From: the human T2T-CHM13v2.0 reference genome, Homo sapiens
NCBI RefSeq assembly: GCF_009914755.1
Contig: NC_060929.1
DNA: 64,000 nt
Reading direction: 5' to 3' (one strand)
The notes under the pieces were generated by a model. That model ran no database searches. It saw only the letters and a list, made by a program, of their open reading frames with translations, and was not told the origin of the DNA. The position numbers were made by a program, and so were the translations under genes. Numbering within the stretch: position 1 is the stretch's first letter; each line of letters starts with the position of its first letter. Of this stretch, positions 31,791 through 46,790 are shown one piece after another.

Positions 31791-32705
31791 ACTGTTTTTA
31801 ATGTTGGTATGTTTATATACTGCCAGAGAACATAGTAATGATAATCCTTTGAATTATCCACAATCTATTTATATATATACCTGTATCTGTATCTATAGAT
31901 ATATACACTCTGTCTACATCCATATATATGATTTATGTCAGGGGTTATTTAACTGGACAGGACATGTTTACCTAGTAACTGCATTGTCTGGTGAATCTCT
32001 TAAAAATATGTTTCTCTATTTGTAGACAGTTTTGTATTGAGTTGTCTATATTATTGTTATTAGTTTTAACTCTGGTTCATGAAAAAGGAAAGTATATTGC
32101 ATTCAGTTAAAAATTTTAAAAATATAGTATGTTTAACTTCAGCATGGTTTGGTTATTTCATATTTGCAGACTTTTAATGTATAATGTATTATATACTTTT
32201 AATATGTGTATTTGCTGAGTTAGAAACTATTGTTCCAAAACACCCCAAATTTCCTGGATTTCAGTGTTAATTAGGAAATGAAAAGCTGAATAAGACCTAG
32301 GGGTTTTACAATTTATTTCAGGGTGGAAGGATGGGGAATAAAACATGCATATAAGCAACCGTGGTACAAAACAGCAAATGATAAAGGCCTTACAATGACT
32401 ACTGATAAGACATGCCATAGGACTAGAGGTGTTTGGCCAGTTATGATGACAAGTTCTACAATGACAACTGCCACATTGAGCAGTGATAACTTTAAGGTAA
32501 GATACTTCCCCATTGAAGTTTAATTTTTCATTTTCTTTTCTTTTCTCTTCTCCTCTCCTTCCCTCCTCTCTCCTTTTTTGATGAATATGGATAGTTACCT
32601 TAAGATCAACCCAAAAGGCGACATTTTGAACTAGTGTCACATGATATCACTAAAAAGCATACTTTAATGTTTTAAAAACTTGATGTTTTTAAAAACTGTA
32701 AAAAT

Positions 32706-32831
32706 AGCTGGGCATGGTGGTGTGCCCCTGTAGTCCCAGCTACTCTGAAGGCTGAGGCAAGAGGATGGCTTGAGGCCAGGAGTTAGAGACAAGCCTCTGC
32801 AACATAGTGAGACACTTTCTCTTTAAAAAAA
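32706..32831 (+). mobile_element. FLAM (free left Alu monomer)
   Basis: Single ~125-bp monomer ending CAACATAGTGAGAC...AAAAAA. Confidence 0.8.
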
Positions 32832-32841
32832 TTTCAAAATA

Positions 32842-33177
<336 letters not shown>

Positions 33178-33198
33178 TTAAACCAAATTCAAATTGGA

Positions 33199-33490
33199 TT
33201 TTTTTTTTTTTTTGAGACAGGGTCTCACTCTGTCACCCAGGCTGGAGTGCTGGCGTGATCTCAGCTCACTGCAAGCTCCGCCTCCCAGGTTCATGCCATT
33301 CGCCTGTGTCAGCCTCCGAGTAGCTGGGACTACAGGCGCCCGCCACCATGCCTGGCTAATTTTTTGTATTTTTAGTAGAGACGGGGTTTCACCGTGTCAG
33401 CCAGGATGGTCTCGATCTCCTGACCTCTGATCCGCCTGCCTCGGCCCCCTAAAATGCTCGGATAACAGGTGTGAGCCACCTCGCCTGGCC
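33199..33490 (-). mobile_element. AluY
   Basis: GCAAGCTCCGCCTCC, TTCATGCCATTC and CCAGGATGGTCTCGATC diagnostics. Confidence 0.92.
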
Positions 33491-33869
33491 TAAAATGGAA
33501 TTTTTTTATGTTAAATTTTTTTCCCATAAGTGAACAAAACTATTTACCAGCACATAATACTATCCAGTGCCTAAGCAGATGTAGTAAACCCATCCTGTTG
33601 GGATTTGTTGGTGGCACTGAAAGTCACCACATGCTTTAGCAAAGTAATCTGTCAGTATGCATCAACAGCCCCAACGATGTTCGTGTCTTTGTCTCAATAA
33701 TCCTGCATCTGAGCAACTAGTCTAAGAAAACAATAAGGGAAGAGCCAGTTACACACAAATGTAAATGCATGTGAGCATGTGTCCACCTGTTAATCTACAG
33801 CTACGTGTTTGGTGGGGAAAACTCTTGTAGTTTTTATGCTCACACAATATTTCCTGTATTAGAAGAGAC

Positions 33870-34730
<861 letters not shown>

Positions 34731-37700
34731 GAAGAAAAATGCTAGTAGGTGAAATTAGAGGCCTTGGGATTCTAATACAGCTTTACTAAGAAGTTATTCT
34801 AGATAAAATGGCACAAAGGCAAACTCATCCCCTAAGCTGCAGGAATCTAGTCAGGAAGGGAGAGAACGTACTCAAAGCCCATGCACTTCCCGTAGGCAGA
34901 GCTTATGGCTTTTCCCACACTAGTAAGACAGGATCTTCAACTCTTGGCCTCAAGAATTATTGTCCTTCTAGGGTGTGTGTGTGTTGGGGGGGTGCAGGGT
35001 GGATGTGGGTGTTGGTGTAGAAGGGAGGTGTGGCAGTCAGTGCTTCCTGAGTCACTTTCTGCGATATTTCTTGTGGCTTTCTTCTTTGTTTCCTTTTAAA
35101 TTCTGTTTAAAGAAATCCTCCTATTATTTGTACTAGAGTTTCTGTGTGTGAAGACTAGTTTTTTCAAAGAAAAAAAAAATGAAGGTAGGTTCAGCAATCC
35201 AGGCAGACCTATCAATCTTGTCTGTAATTGGGTCTGCCATTGGTAAGTAGCCACTTGGGAGGAAACTGCTCACCCAGGTGGAGTGAATGAACTGTTTCAG
35301 GGCCCCGGGCCTCCACAGAGGGCTGCACGGTGGCCTCTTGCCAGACAGTATCCTCGTGGTGCGTCTCAGCTGCAGACTCAGGTTCAGATCAGAGAGCAGT
35401 TTGTTCCTCTGGTCATGCAGATAAGCATCTGTTTGCTCTCTCTCTTCCTGCCGTCAGCAGGGTTGGGGTCCCTTTAGAGAGGCATTGCCATTGAAAGGCA
35501 TGAAGACTTTTGGTGACAGGAATAGGGAAACTGAGTCACCAAGGGCTTTGAGTGCCTTTGTTTGGTGGAGGGAAGAGCAAGTAATAGTAGTTTCATGACA
35601 TCAAGGTGAAAGCTGATGAGGCAATTCCTCCTTCCAGTCAATTAATCTCTGGACCATTCGAAGCCAACTGTTTATAAAGAAGTGCCAGCTCCATTGGCAG
35701 CTTCCCCATAATTGTTCTAAAGAATTGGCATTACTTTTCTTTCCTCTAACATATTCCAAATAATGCTTCGCTACCCATCCAAATCAACAATGTGAGATCG
35801 CCTCTTTTATCCATCAGAGGCATTGGAGATAAATAAACTGATAAGGAAGTGGAATTCCTGTATTTATGGTTTTAGATGATTTAACTGAAAGAACATTAAG
35901 CTGCCACTTCTTCCTGTTTTTTTAAGAACCCTCTGTTTAAGAGACCAATGACTGGGTTCACATCTTTAGTATTCTGCATACAATTCTTCAGGAGGAAGCC
36001 ATATTCCTCTTGAATGAATCTCATGGCAAAAAATAGTAGCTCGTAGCTACTATTTGGATGGAATGGCTTGGAATTTTGAAGAAATTTCCCGATGATCTTT
36101 ATGATATGGGAACTATAGTATGGCTATAATAGAATAAATAATTGATAGCATTATGTAAAACATACTTAGACTTTCTAGGCCGATCAATTAGAAAGAATAG
36201 AGAATAATGCCTTCTTCGGGAAAGAACTAAGCTAAAGGAGAGATATTTCTATTTGAGCATAGTAAAGAGTCTAAGAAGGCAAACTCACTAAGATGAAGCC
36301 ATAATTTAGTTGAGGACAGGTTTGTTGAAAATGTTTTAAAAGCACTCTGTTCCAAATCTCTTAGCAATAATCATCCTGGATTATGGTTTTGTGTTGACTT
36401 GTTGATCTGTCCCCTTTGCTTAAGGCCTCTAAGCTTAGTATCTGGAACAGATATAATCCTTTAAGGCTTAGTGAATGAAAGAATGAATGAAAGGACTCAT
36501 TTCTGTATGTTGTGAGGTATAGAATGAGGAGGGGTGGTCAGGGTGTGGTGATACCCCGAGCAAAGCCCTTGATGTGTTCTTAAAGCTTCTGCCTCAAGCC
36601 AAGATGAAAACATTATAGGAGAAAAATGTTTCCTGAAGGGAAGGCTATATTGGCAACACCCAAAATGTCTTAAGCAACATTAAACAACTTACAGCTCCTG
36701 ATAGATGAGCTAGGAATTTGGAACATATATTCCCTTGGGAAATCAGTCAAAAACGCTGCGTGGCTATAGATTTTAAATCTATAGCAACAGCTCAGACAAA
36801 TTGAGCCTTTTCTCAACTCTGACCTTCACAGGGCTCCTCCCTGGCCAAAGCTGCTTTTCCCTCCCCTGGTGTTCTCATTTTACTCCCTGGAAGAGAGCAA
36901 AATGTTCTGCGTGCAATTTTATCTTTAACTTTCTGTGGCCAATGAAGACAGGCCAAAGGCCCCCCATCCAGGAAAATGGAAGGATCCAGGTGTGTAGCGT
37001 CTTCTTTTTCACAGTATCATGTATTTAACACTTCAATCATCTAAATTGAGCAAACTGAAATTGGAGCCTTTGTCTAACTTGGGAAAAATCATGTTTTAAA
37101 AAATAAATTCGGTGTGGTTCAAACATAATTAAGCCTGTTAACCAGAATGAAAATTCTGAACGGCTGTCTAAATACACTTGTGAGAAGACGTGGTTGGCTG
37201 GAGTGATGCTTGTCCCCAGGCCAACCTGAGGGATGTTCCTGACACACCAGGAACATTTATCAAAGAACAAAATTCATGTCAGGTGTGAACATGTTCAGCT
37301 GTCACCTTCAACACTGTAATTAATTTCATCATAGCTCCGGACTGTGTTTTGACACCTGGTTTACTCAGTTTGACAGTTGCTACTGAAGGATCCTAACAGC
37401 CTTCTGATTCTTCAGAGGCAGATTAAACTGTCTTATTCCAGTTCATGCATCATGTAGAGAAGAGTATCACTTCTTGGGCTTGACTAATGTAGTGGGGGAA
37501 CAAAAGGATGAGACTCAGGAGTCCTTTCCTTCTGAGCATCTTAAGTGGGGCTGATTAATACCCATGAAATTGAACAGAATGAAATTATGGCTCCTCCAGA
37601 ATGGTCAATTCCTCTGAGCTTCCGCTAGTCTGCATGCGGTCTCAACCCACATCTATCCCTCTAGGGCTGAAACTAGATGTATCTCTGGAGGTGGGACAGT

Positions 37701-38289
37701 TAGTGAACAGATAACTTCGCAATGGATATCCTTCAAAGTAGAGAAGACAGAGCTAAGAAAAAGGCAGAAAGCTGCATGTGCTCATAGTATGCATATGATC
37801 CAGATGGTGAGAACTTGAAGCCCCCTTCCCTAATCAGGGCATTCTCTGTCACTGCAAACCCTCTGAAGGAAGTCTGTGTCCTGGAGGGGGGCTTTCTTTC
37901 CTTTCCCAGTAGCTTCCCTTTGCCTAAAGTCTAAAGTTCCAGTTCTTTGACACAGCCTTCAAAGTCTCCTTGCAATAATCTTGCTTACTTTTCCAGCTTA
38001 ATTTCTTGTCTTTCAGTCTCAAACTTTATGCAACAGCAATTCTTCTTTGAGATGCATCATGCCATGGTCAGCCTCTGCCTTTGTTCATAATGCCCATGAT
38101 TCCTTTGCATGCCACACCTCCTTTGTCTGGCAAATTTCTTCTTTGGCCGTTAAGATTCAAGTCAAGCATCACCTTGTTCAGGAAGTTTCTTTAAGACTTC
38201 CAAGACTGGATTAAGTTTTCTTTCTGGGCATCTATAATACATTGCGTTCATCCCCATGGCTGATCTGATGGTATTTTTGTATAATTATC

Positions 38290-38720
38290 TGTTTCTCCTC
38301 CTTCCCCTACATTGAGGGATACTGATTCCCCTCAGAGATGAAGAATATATTCCCTCAGATGCTGGAAGTGCCACTAGAGAGCTATCAGCTCTCAGCCCCT
38401 TCAAGGGATTGCCTTTGTTGGAAAGAGCCTTGTGAGCCAAGTCACATCCCCTTTCTGGGGTGGTCAGAATCCAATGATTCATCAACACAGAGGTGAAAAA
38501 TTTTAGCCCTTAAACCCAGGTAAATTCAGGTCTGAAACCTCATCTAAGCTTCAGAACTCTCTGCAGTGTTGGCTGAGGCATTCATTTAGAGTATATCACA
38601 TCTCAGCTTCTCCTTGTGGCTAGCGCTGTTTCCTTTCTGCCATTCCATGGGTGTTGATTCTAAGAGCTCCCTAAGAAAACTCCTGATATTGATGTTCATC
38701 TCAAAATCAGCTTCCCAGTG
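38290..38720 (+). mobile_element. LTR16-like ERVL LTR nested in an L2 fragment
   Basis: CAGCTCTCAGCCCCTTCAAGGGATTGCC...CATCTCAAAATCAGCTTCCCAG; L2 3' end resumes about 38760-38870. Confidence 0.65.
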
Positions 38721-39044
38721 TCCTGATGTGGGTCACCCACCTTGGTCTAATCTGACCAACTTGAGAATAGAGACTGTGTCCCATTCATCTTTGTATTTTC
38801 ACACCCAGCAGACTGCCTAGCTCAGAGCATGCTCTCAATAAACGTTGGTGGTCAGGTTGAATAAATGATAGTCAGAGTGAGAGACGTGTTTATTATTGTT
38901 AAAAAAAATGAAGGGGGCAATCAGGTTTCCTCTAGAAGGTGTATAGCTTTATCATCTGATAGCCTCAGCTATTAAACAGAGGAAGAGGCCTGGGCATGGA
39001 GTTAACAGATATGGTTCAAGCCCCGCTCTTCCCTCATTAAGTGT

Positions 39045-39545
39045 GTGTATTGCTGGATCCTAGCAGGAAATAGATGGTACACTCAAATCAGGTGATTTGA
39101 AGAGAGTGTAATAAAGGGGCTATTTACAAACTGAAGGCTAGGTTCAGGGAAACCAAGAAGTCATAGTGCAACATTTGGGACTATTGTTGACATTTCTTCC
39201 TCTTTTTCTTTCACACTTTGGTTGCCATCTCCAGGCCCAAAGGGGCAAATGGAAGGAGGCCAAGTCTGGGACTCTGAGGGGCTGCCAGAAAGGAACTGTT
39301 GTATGCCTAGAGGACTTAAGACGTAGTAGGAAGAGAAGAAAGGAAAAAAATGCCCAGTGTTGACTCTCCACTGCCCTCCTTCTCCCACCAGTGTCTCTCA
39401 TTGATGAGTCTAGTGAGAAACCAGAAGCCCAGGGAATCCTTGCTGCAATGGGATCAACTTTCTAGGCACAAAGGAGCACAGAAAAAGGGAGAGGGAGAAG
39501 GGAGGAGAATGGAGCTTGGGTGGCAAATGGAAGTTACACAGCTCA
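39045..39545 (-). mobile_element. Old ERVL LTR (LTR67/LTR16 group)
   Basis: AGCAGGAAATAGATGGTACACTCAAA...TAATAAAGGGGCTATTTACAAA...GGGTGGCAAATGGA. Confidence 0.55.
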
Positions 39546-40349
39546 GGGACCATGAAAAGCTTGAGTGTAAGTGATTTGCCTCCTACCTGGGGAAGGGAGT
39601 TCCACCTTGCCTACTGGATATGCTAAATATGTGAAATGTATTGTAAACTGCAAACTGAAATATATGCATTGCATATGGTTTCATTGAAAATATTCACTTC
39701 TTATTTCTGAGGATGGGTTTTCATACAACTCAACCCCTTTCCAAATATGGGAAGAGTTGTAGCGAAAAATGTTATTGAGTTAGGAACAGGACATCGCCTC
39801 CATGCCTGCCGGCTACACTGCATTTGGATTCACAGGGACCAGGGGTGAAAAGGCCAGCTTTCTTGGTCCTGAACTCGTTCCCTCAAATTTTAGTTGTTCA
39901 GTTCATACATAAGCCAGTGACGCATTTTCTTCCCTGAGGGGTTTCAGAATTATGGGCCACTAAATGCTGCTGATACAAACAGTTCAGCATTACTTGAAAG
40001 AATGGAGTTACTGGATTTAATTGCTCAATACCCATTTAAAATATAATCTATCTCATAGCTTCTTTAACTCCCACCTTAGCTTCTTACCCATCCAGTGGAC
40101 CTTGGCAGGATTTCAAATATTCTGGAATAAAGAAAATGTGCCCAGATTCAATATCATTTGGGGAAAATGAACATATAAAAGTAAAATTTATGGTTTTCTA
40201 AAACTAACACTTTTTTCAATTAATTTCATTACTTTTAATTTTTGTTCTATTATTTGTATGTATGTGTGTAGATATATGAGACCAAAAAACCTGGAGAGTT
40301 TTAATTTCCTGTCTTTCTTTCTCTCTCTCACTTTACTTGTCTTTCCTGA

Positions 40350-40487
40350 CTCATTTCCTTCCTTCTTTCCATCTTTTCTTCCTTCCTTCTATCCTTCCTT
40401 CCTTCCTTCCTCCCTCCCTCCCTCCTTCCCCCCTTCCCCCCTTCCTTCCTTCCTTCCTTTCATGCTTCCTTCCTTTCCATCTTCCTT
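40350..40487. repeat. (TTCC)n/(TCCC)n polypyrimidine tract
   Basis: Direct inspection; abuts an L2 3' end at about 40500-40760. Confidence 0.9.
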
Positions 40488-40989
40488 TCACACATTGGTG
40501 CATGCATTCCATTAATACATATTTACTGAACACCTTCCACACACCAGACATTCTTCTAGGCAGTAGATACACAGTAGTGAACAAACTGAGAAAAGTTGCT
40601 CTTATATTCTCATGGGAAGAAATATACAATAAACAAGATACATGAGTAAAATATATATTATGTTAGATTTTGGCAGTTCCTAGGGAGAAAACTAAACTAA
40701 GAAAGAGAAACGGAGAGTAGGATGGCAATTTTTCAAAGGGCGATCAAGGAATGCCTGTATGTAACAATATGGATCTCAGCCAATGTAAAATGAAGTTATG
40801 CTAGGAATTACAAACAGGAACAATTTGGGGTTTGAATCCCTTAACTGCATAGACATTTTGGGTAATTGCAGTGAGGTTCTTTGCATCTTGCATTTCTCAT
40901 CCCTTAAGTAAGAGTGGTGAGGTCGGGGTGGAGGAGGTAGAGTGCTCTTACTAGTGAAACAATCTGTTGTAACATGCACACATAATACT

Positions 40990-41780
40990 CAAGATCATTC
41001 TTGCCTCCCCCTGTTCTTTCCCAGCCTGTCAGCAAATTCTCTTGGCTCTACCATCAACACATTCAGAATCAGACCCCTGCTCCTGCCTCCCCTGTCACTA
41101 TTTTGGTCTGAGCCACCATGATGTCTCCTCTAGATCATTGCAATAAATACTTACTGATCTCTCAGCTCCTTGCCCTACACAAGTCAGTTAGAGCCAGGCT
41201 TCAGGAAGTCAGATTGTGTCACTCCTTTGTTCAAACCCTGCAATGGCTCCCAGTGATGCAGGGGACCCACCAAGTCCTCCTTGGAGTGGCTTTGGAGGTC
41301 ACTCTGTCTTTGTCTACAGCTCCTGCTTTCCCTCCCTCCTCTCCCACTTCTTCATTCTTTCTTGAGTGTCATTGCATTTTCCTGCCTCTCATGCCTTTGT
41401 TTTATCTTCCCCCTGTCTGCAATGCTTTCTCTGGCTCATCCACCTCACTACCTCCCTCAAGTCTTGGCTCAGCTCTCTGCTTCTTATGAAGCCCGTATTA
41501 ATTCCCCTAACTGAGCTTCTCAACCTCCTCCCTGCACCATCCCTACCCCTGGCCTCCATAGCATGCTCTACTTTCTTCTTATTTCCATAGTGCTTATCCC
41601 TTGTACACATCTGATAAAATTTACTACCTAATTTACTCACTGTGTTCATGTTTGTCTCTGCCTGCTGGAAGGTGAACTTCATGAGGTTAGGAGCCTTGTC
41701 TGTTTTGTTCACTGATGTGTCCCTGTGCCTGGAACAGTGCCTGGACCACAGTAGGTGCTCAATTAATATTTGTTCAGAAA
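40990..41780 (+). mobile_element. L2 (L2a-like) 3' region
   Basis: GGAACAGTGCCTGGACCACAGTAGGTGCTCAATTAATATTTGTT 3' end. Confidence 0.8.
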
Positions 41781-41925
41781 TAATGTCCTCTCATGTGCAT
41801 GTGCATACTCTACACACACACACACACGCACACCTATGCATATACACTTTTCTTACCTCTTCATTTTCTTTCATGCTGTGTTAGGTCCACAATGCTTTCC
41901 TTCACACTCTTTAGTCATATCCTCC

Positions 41926-42328
41926 TGTTAAGGGATGAATGTTTGTGTCCCCCACAAATACATATGTTGAAGCCCTAAGCCCCTGTGTGGCTGTATTTGG
42001 AGATGGGGCTTCCAAGGAAGTAATTAAGGTTAAATGTGGTCATAACGGTGGGGCCCTGATCTGATAAGATTAGTGTCCTTATAAGAAGAGACACCAGAGA
42101 GCTTGCTCTATCTTTCTTTCTGTGTGCAGGCACCAAGGAAAAACCAAGAGAACACAGAGAAAGAAGGTAGCCTTCTGTGAGCCAGGAAGAGAGCCCTCAC
42201 CAGGAACCAAAATGACCAGCAGCACCTTGATCTGGGACTTCCAGCATCCCAAACCGTGAGAAGTTAAATTCCTGTTGTTTAAGCCACATAGTCTGTGGTG
42301 TTTTGTTACAGCAGCCTGAGCTAACACA
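41926..42328 (+). mobile_element. MLT1A-family solo LTR
   Basis: TG...GAATGTTTGTGTCCCC...GTCCTTATAAGAAGAGAC...GTTTAAGCCAC...CA. Confidence 0.88.
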
Positions 42329-42909
42329 TGAACCCATGCTCTTAGACTTACCTTGAATCTCTCTTCCTCTATTAGGTCATTGCCAACTATGCTAGTCCAC
42401 AGGGACACCGATTATCCAACTTTCTACCAAACTTTTAGATTCCCCACAATTTTTAGAAGCATTGACTTGCCCTCTATTTTGCGTGCGTGTACCTAGTCAC
42501 CCCAATAAAATATAAGCTGCTGTATGCAGACAGAGGCTGAGACAAATACAAGTCGATGGTGCTAGGTTCCCCTTGGAGAAAGTAACTGCATCTTCTTCTC
42601 AGAGTGTTATAGAATTATTTTGTCGCCCAAGGTCACACAAATGGTGTTGAAATAGAATTGGGCTCTATTCTCATAAATCCTAGTCTAGGAGAATAAATAG
42701 CAAAAAGGAGAAGAGGAATATTTATTGGGTAACAGCAAGAGGAAGCCAAGAAAGTTAGAGAAAGAGTGACCTTGTGTTAGACAGAGAGGGCACTTGATGG
42801 GGAACTAGAGAAGCATGAAAAAGGGGAGAAGATTGGGTGTGTGGATCATTCAGTGAAAGCTGATGAGATGGTTTTGTTTGTTTTGCCTATTTTAAGGTAT
42901 TTAATCACT

Positions 42910-43035
42910 ATACTTCAGTCTGTTTTATCTAATTTGTACAAATTTATGGAGTACATGTGCATTTTCTGGGGTACATGTGCATTTTTGTTACATGCATTGA
43001 TTGCATCGTGGTCAAGTCAGGGATTTTTGGTATTT
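42910..43035 (-). mobile_element. L1MA 3' tip with internal 20-bp tandem duplication
   Basis: TTTGTACAAATTTATGG; TGG(A/G)GTACATGTGCATTTT(C/T) twice at 42947-42986. Confidence 0.65.
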
Positions 43036-45751
43036 GTCAGGATGTTTTTGAAGTCCAGCTGAATCTGGGTTTGCATATGGCTCTGGAAGCTTGAAAAAAT
43101 TACCCTTTACCTTCTATCTTAATTTCCTCATCTAAAAAATAAGGACAGCCTTTGCCTCATCAAATGGGCATGAAGATTACATGAGAGAATGTAGCTGAGG
43201 CTGAGAGTAGGGGAGTGCATAAGTAAGAGCCTGTGCTACTGCTGCTGTGGGCCAGTGCGGCAGGAGGGTGAGGGTGAGGCCGCAGTAAGAGGGACAGGGA
43301 TTGGCAGGTTGCTGTCTGCAACGCACTGAAGCAGGAAGGTGAGATGGGAGAGAGCGTGGAGTAAAGCTATCATAATAGGGGAGGAGAAGCATGGGCATGG
43401 GTGGGCTATTCCTGTATTAAATTCTTGCAGTGGAGGGAATTAAAGCATAATGGAATGTATTATTCTGTGCTCTGTTCTGTGGCAGAATTTAGCAGAGCCT
43501 CAATTCTTTTTTTTTTTTTTAATTGATAAAGTACCATTGTATCTCTGGGTCTTTATCTGTAAGCACTATTGAGTTGTGAATGTTAAAAAGAAATTAGGGT
43601 TACAGCCCCAGGGCACCATCTCTGAAGACCTTTGTGCTGTCGAGGAACAACAGGAGCATTGCTCTATAAAGCTCTGTATCTATTTATCATCTCCCCAGGG
43701 GCTGTTGTAGCCAAGTCACAGCGAAGACCTTTTAACATCTTCCCTAAAAGCTTTGTGCCCAGTTTGACTAATTCACAGCCCCGCTCTCCCAGCATAGCTT
43801 TTTCATCTCTCTTCTCTTTTACTACAGAGGTTCTCAATTAGGCTTTTGCGGAAAGGCTATCAGGAATAGCAGAGATTTTTCAAAGTACACATGCCAGCAG
43901 CCTGTCTGAACAGGCTTCAGTCATGGGTTCCTCATTGAGACAGTTGATCACATGCAGGCCTAAACTTTCCTTTTACACCTTGTAGTCACATCTCTGAATC
44001 AGTCACCTGTTATTTTATACCTGAGCTTGTGGAAACCTCCTCTTTGAGTCCTCATCGTCAGATCATGTCTCGTCGGTCCTTCATCTAAATTCCTTAATTA
44101 ATCTCAGGGATTCAGCTGCATTCCATGAAGAATGGGCTTATAGTTTAGCCCTTATATTTTCAAGAGGTAATTGTAAATAACTTTGCAACTATTTTAAAAC
44201 TTCATTGAAAAAGAACTGCAGATCCACTAGATGACAGGATTCAATCTTCCAACTTTCTGCAGAGGCTAAAATTTATGGGAAAGAACAGGGAATTCGCTTG
44301 TGACTCAGCAGTGTGACCAGCACTACTCCCTGGGAAGGGAAGAAGAAATCAATGGACAAGGGACCTGAAGGGACTTGTCAGACCCCAGGACACTCTACCT
44401 AGGAGGATAGAGTCATGACCATTTTCCCACTCCCTTTTAGGGAGGTCCCACAGTCCAAGGCATGGCCTAGATATATTGTTTCCAAGGCAAGAAGAACCCT
44501 CTGGGGGTATTGAAGAGAATATTCTAAGAATCTTTTAAATCAACAGCTTAGCCTCTTGACCATGAGGAATGTGCCCTCCCCAGGGATGCCTGGAGAAGAC
44601 GGAATGTGCACCAGCCGCGGAGCCTTACCTCATCCTCCTCCCGTCTCTGCTGGCCTCTGCTCTGTAACGTGATAGCAGGACCTTTGTGCTCTCTGTATCT
44701 GCTCTCTGGGAGAAACTGTGAGCTGGACTAACTTGCCTTTCGTTTCATCCATTTCCACCTCCAGTGACACTCTACACCCTTATGCTGCCCCCTAGTTGCT
44801 CGAAGAGTATTTTGGGGATAGGCAGTATATCAAAGTTTGCAAACTGATAGACCACTTACAGATGTTTCATCTCGAGTCTTTTTTATTTTTAATTATAGGT
44901 ACCAACATTTGTAATTCAGGAGATAAAATTCCACATTTCCAGGTTCTCTTGAAAAACAACTCCAAGTTCTAGCCTCAACAGACCACATTTCCTCAGGTCA
45001 CAAAGCTATCCCTTTTAGTTGGGTCTGGGCTCTTCAGTTTGCATTTGCTACAATCCTTACTCCTCCCTTTTACTTTAAATGGATCTGTTTTACTAGATCA
45101 TTATGACTATTTTTACCCATGTGCCCATAGATCATTTTCGACCTCCAGTGTAGAGATATGATTAAGCACACAGACATTCATCAGATTTGAACCTCAGCCT
45201 TAGTGATGGAGAGAACATTACTTAACACCAGACATCATATTTTTCTCATCTGTGAAATGGGGATAATAATACCTACCTCATAAGTTGTTATGGAATTAGA
45301 TAATTTCTGCACAGCACCTAAGAATAGTATCTGGCTCATAGAAAACTTCCCATTAAGGACGGCTCTTTCTAATACACCTAATAGGGCACTCCTCTCAAAA
45401 GCTGTTCCAGGTGTCATGCACCTTTCCTAACCCCTTCCCTCACTTCTCATCTTCTCTCTGGTTGTTCCCAACTCATAAAAACAATCAATCAAAAATTTTA
45501 GTCACTCACTCAAAAATTTGGAATAGAATATCAACTAAGTGCCAGTCAATGTGTTAGGTACGGGGGAAAATAGTGCAGGGGAGATACATCTCTATGAGTA
45601 ACACAAAGTCTCATGTCTCAAGGAGTTCATGACCTATGGTATAATAATGTTATATGTGATCAGAACTATAATTGAGCTATACATTAGGCCATGGATCACT
45701 AAGGAGGGCACAGCAATGAAAACAGTTGTTATAATCACTTGTATTTGTAAG

Positions 45752-45907
45752 TAGTGTGCTCCTAAACCAGCTCTCCTCCAAAAAAAAACAAAACAAAACA
45801 ACTCTCTGTCACATTTGTCAATTTCTATAGTGTAAATACTTCTACTATGGCCAGTTTCAAGCTACCAATGGCTCAACGATTGACTCTTGTGGCTCCAGCA
45901 CACACTG
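45752..45907. mobile_element. MER63A-like
   Basis: AGTGTGCT...TTTCAAGCTACCAA...CCAGCACACACTG. Confidence 0.65.
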
Positions 45908-46149
45908 TTTGTACATACCTTTTTTATACAAAGCCCCTTTACAAGCACTCTCCTAGCCATAGCTCTGAGCAGGCACAGCTTGGATTATTGTCTATTTCAG
46001 AAAGAGAAACTGAGGCTCAGAGAGTTTTGTGACTGTCCCAAGATCACAGAGATGGTGAATACAGTACCAAAGAACAAGGCTTCTCACTTGACTGCAGCCC
46101 TGCCCTGTACAGTGCTCCTTCAACTTTTTGGGACACTGGAGAATTAAAA

Positions 46150-46714
46150 AAATTTACTACCTATGCACCTTTTGTACAAAGCTACAAGAAGACATGTTTC
46201 ACTAAAATGTGGGAGTAACTAAGAAAGAGGAAGAATGTGATGCAGGCAATAGGCATCCTGCACAAGAGAAAAGTGCAGGGAATTTCAAGGATGTCATTGG
46301 TTTTTTACTAAAAAGTCATCTTATGGGGACAGCCTTGCAATAGGTCTAACGTTCAACAGATTCAGACTGAAGTATGTCAGAGGCCCGGAGGAGAATTTTT
46401 TCAAGAAGAAAAATTAAATAAAAGGTTGCAGATGTATTCAGAGGAAATGTACCAAACTGGGAAGAGTTTGGTGGTGAATAACAAGTAGATGCAAAAATAA
46501 GCAAATGAAAAGACAGAATAATGATTAACTCTAGGAAAAATCAAAGCAGGACAAATAAGGTAACATCATTGTAGCATAATATAGATCTCAGATTTCAGTA
46601 GCATTTACATAGTTAGAATAATGTAAACATTAAATATTGATTTAACCAATATGATGATGTAACCATATTTAGGAGAAGAGGAAGTAAGGGTTTATTCAGG
46701 TGGTGGGAGTTGAG

Positions 46715-46747
<33 letters not shown>

Positions 46748-46790
46748 CAGTTAAATATTATCACATCTAAAACTAAAAATGAAAAATCAA
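46150..46790 (+). mobile_element. HAL1-like / ancient L1 fragment containing (GT)n at 46718-46745
   Basis: TTACTACCTATGCACCTTTT...AAGAAAGAGGAAGAATGTG, A-rich strand bias. Confidence 0.5.

Noticed and set aside
35308-35326. CTCF-like CTCCACAGAGGGC
   Set aside because: Three mismatches to the CCASYAGRKGGC core.
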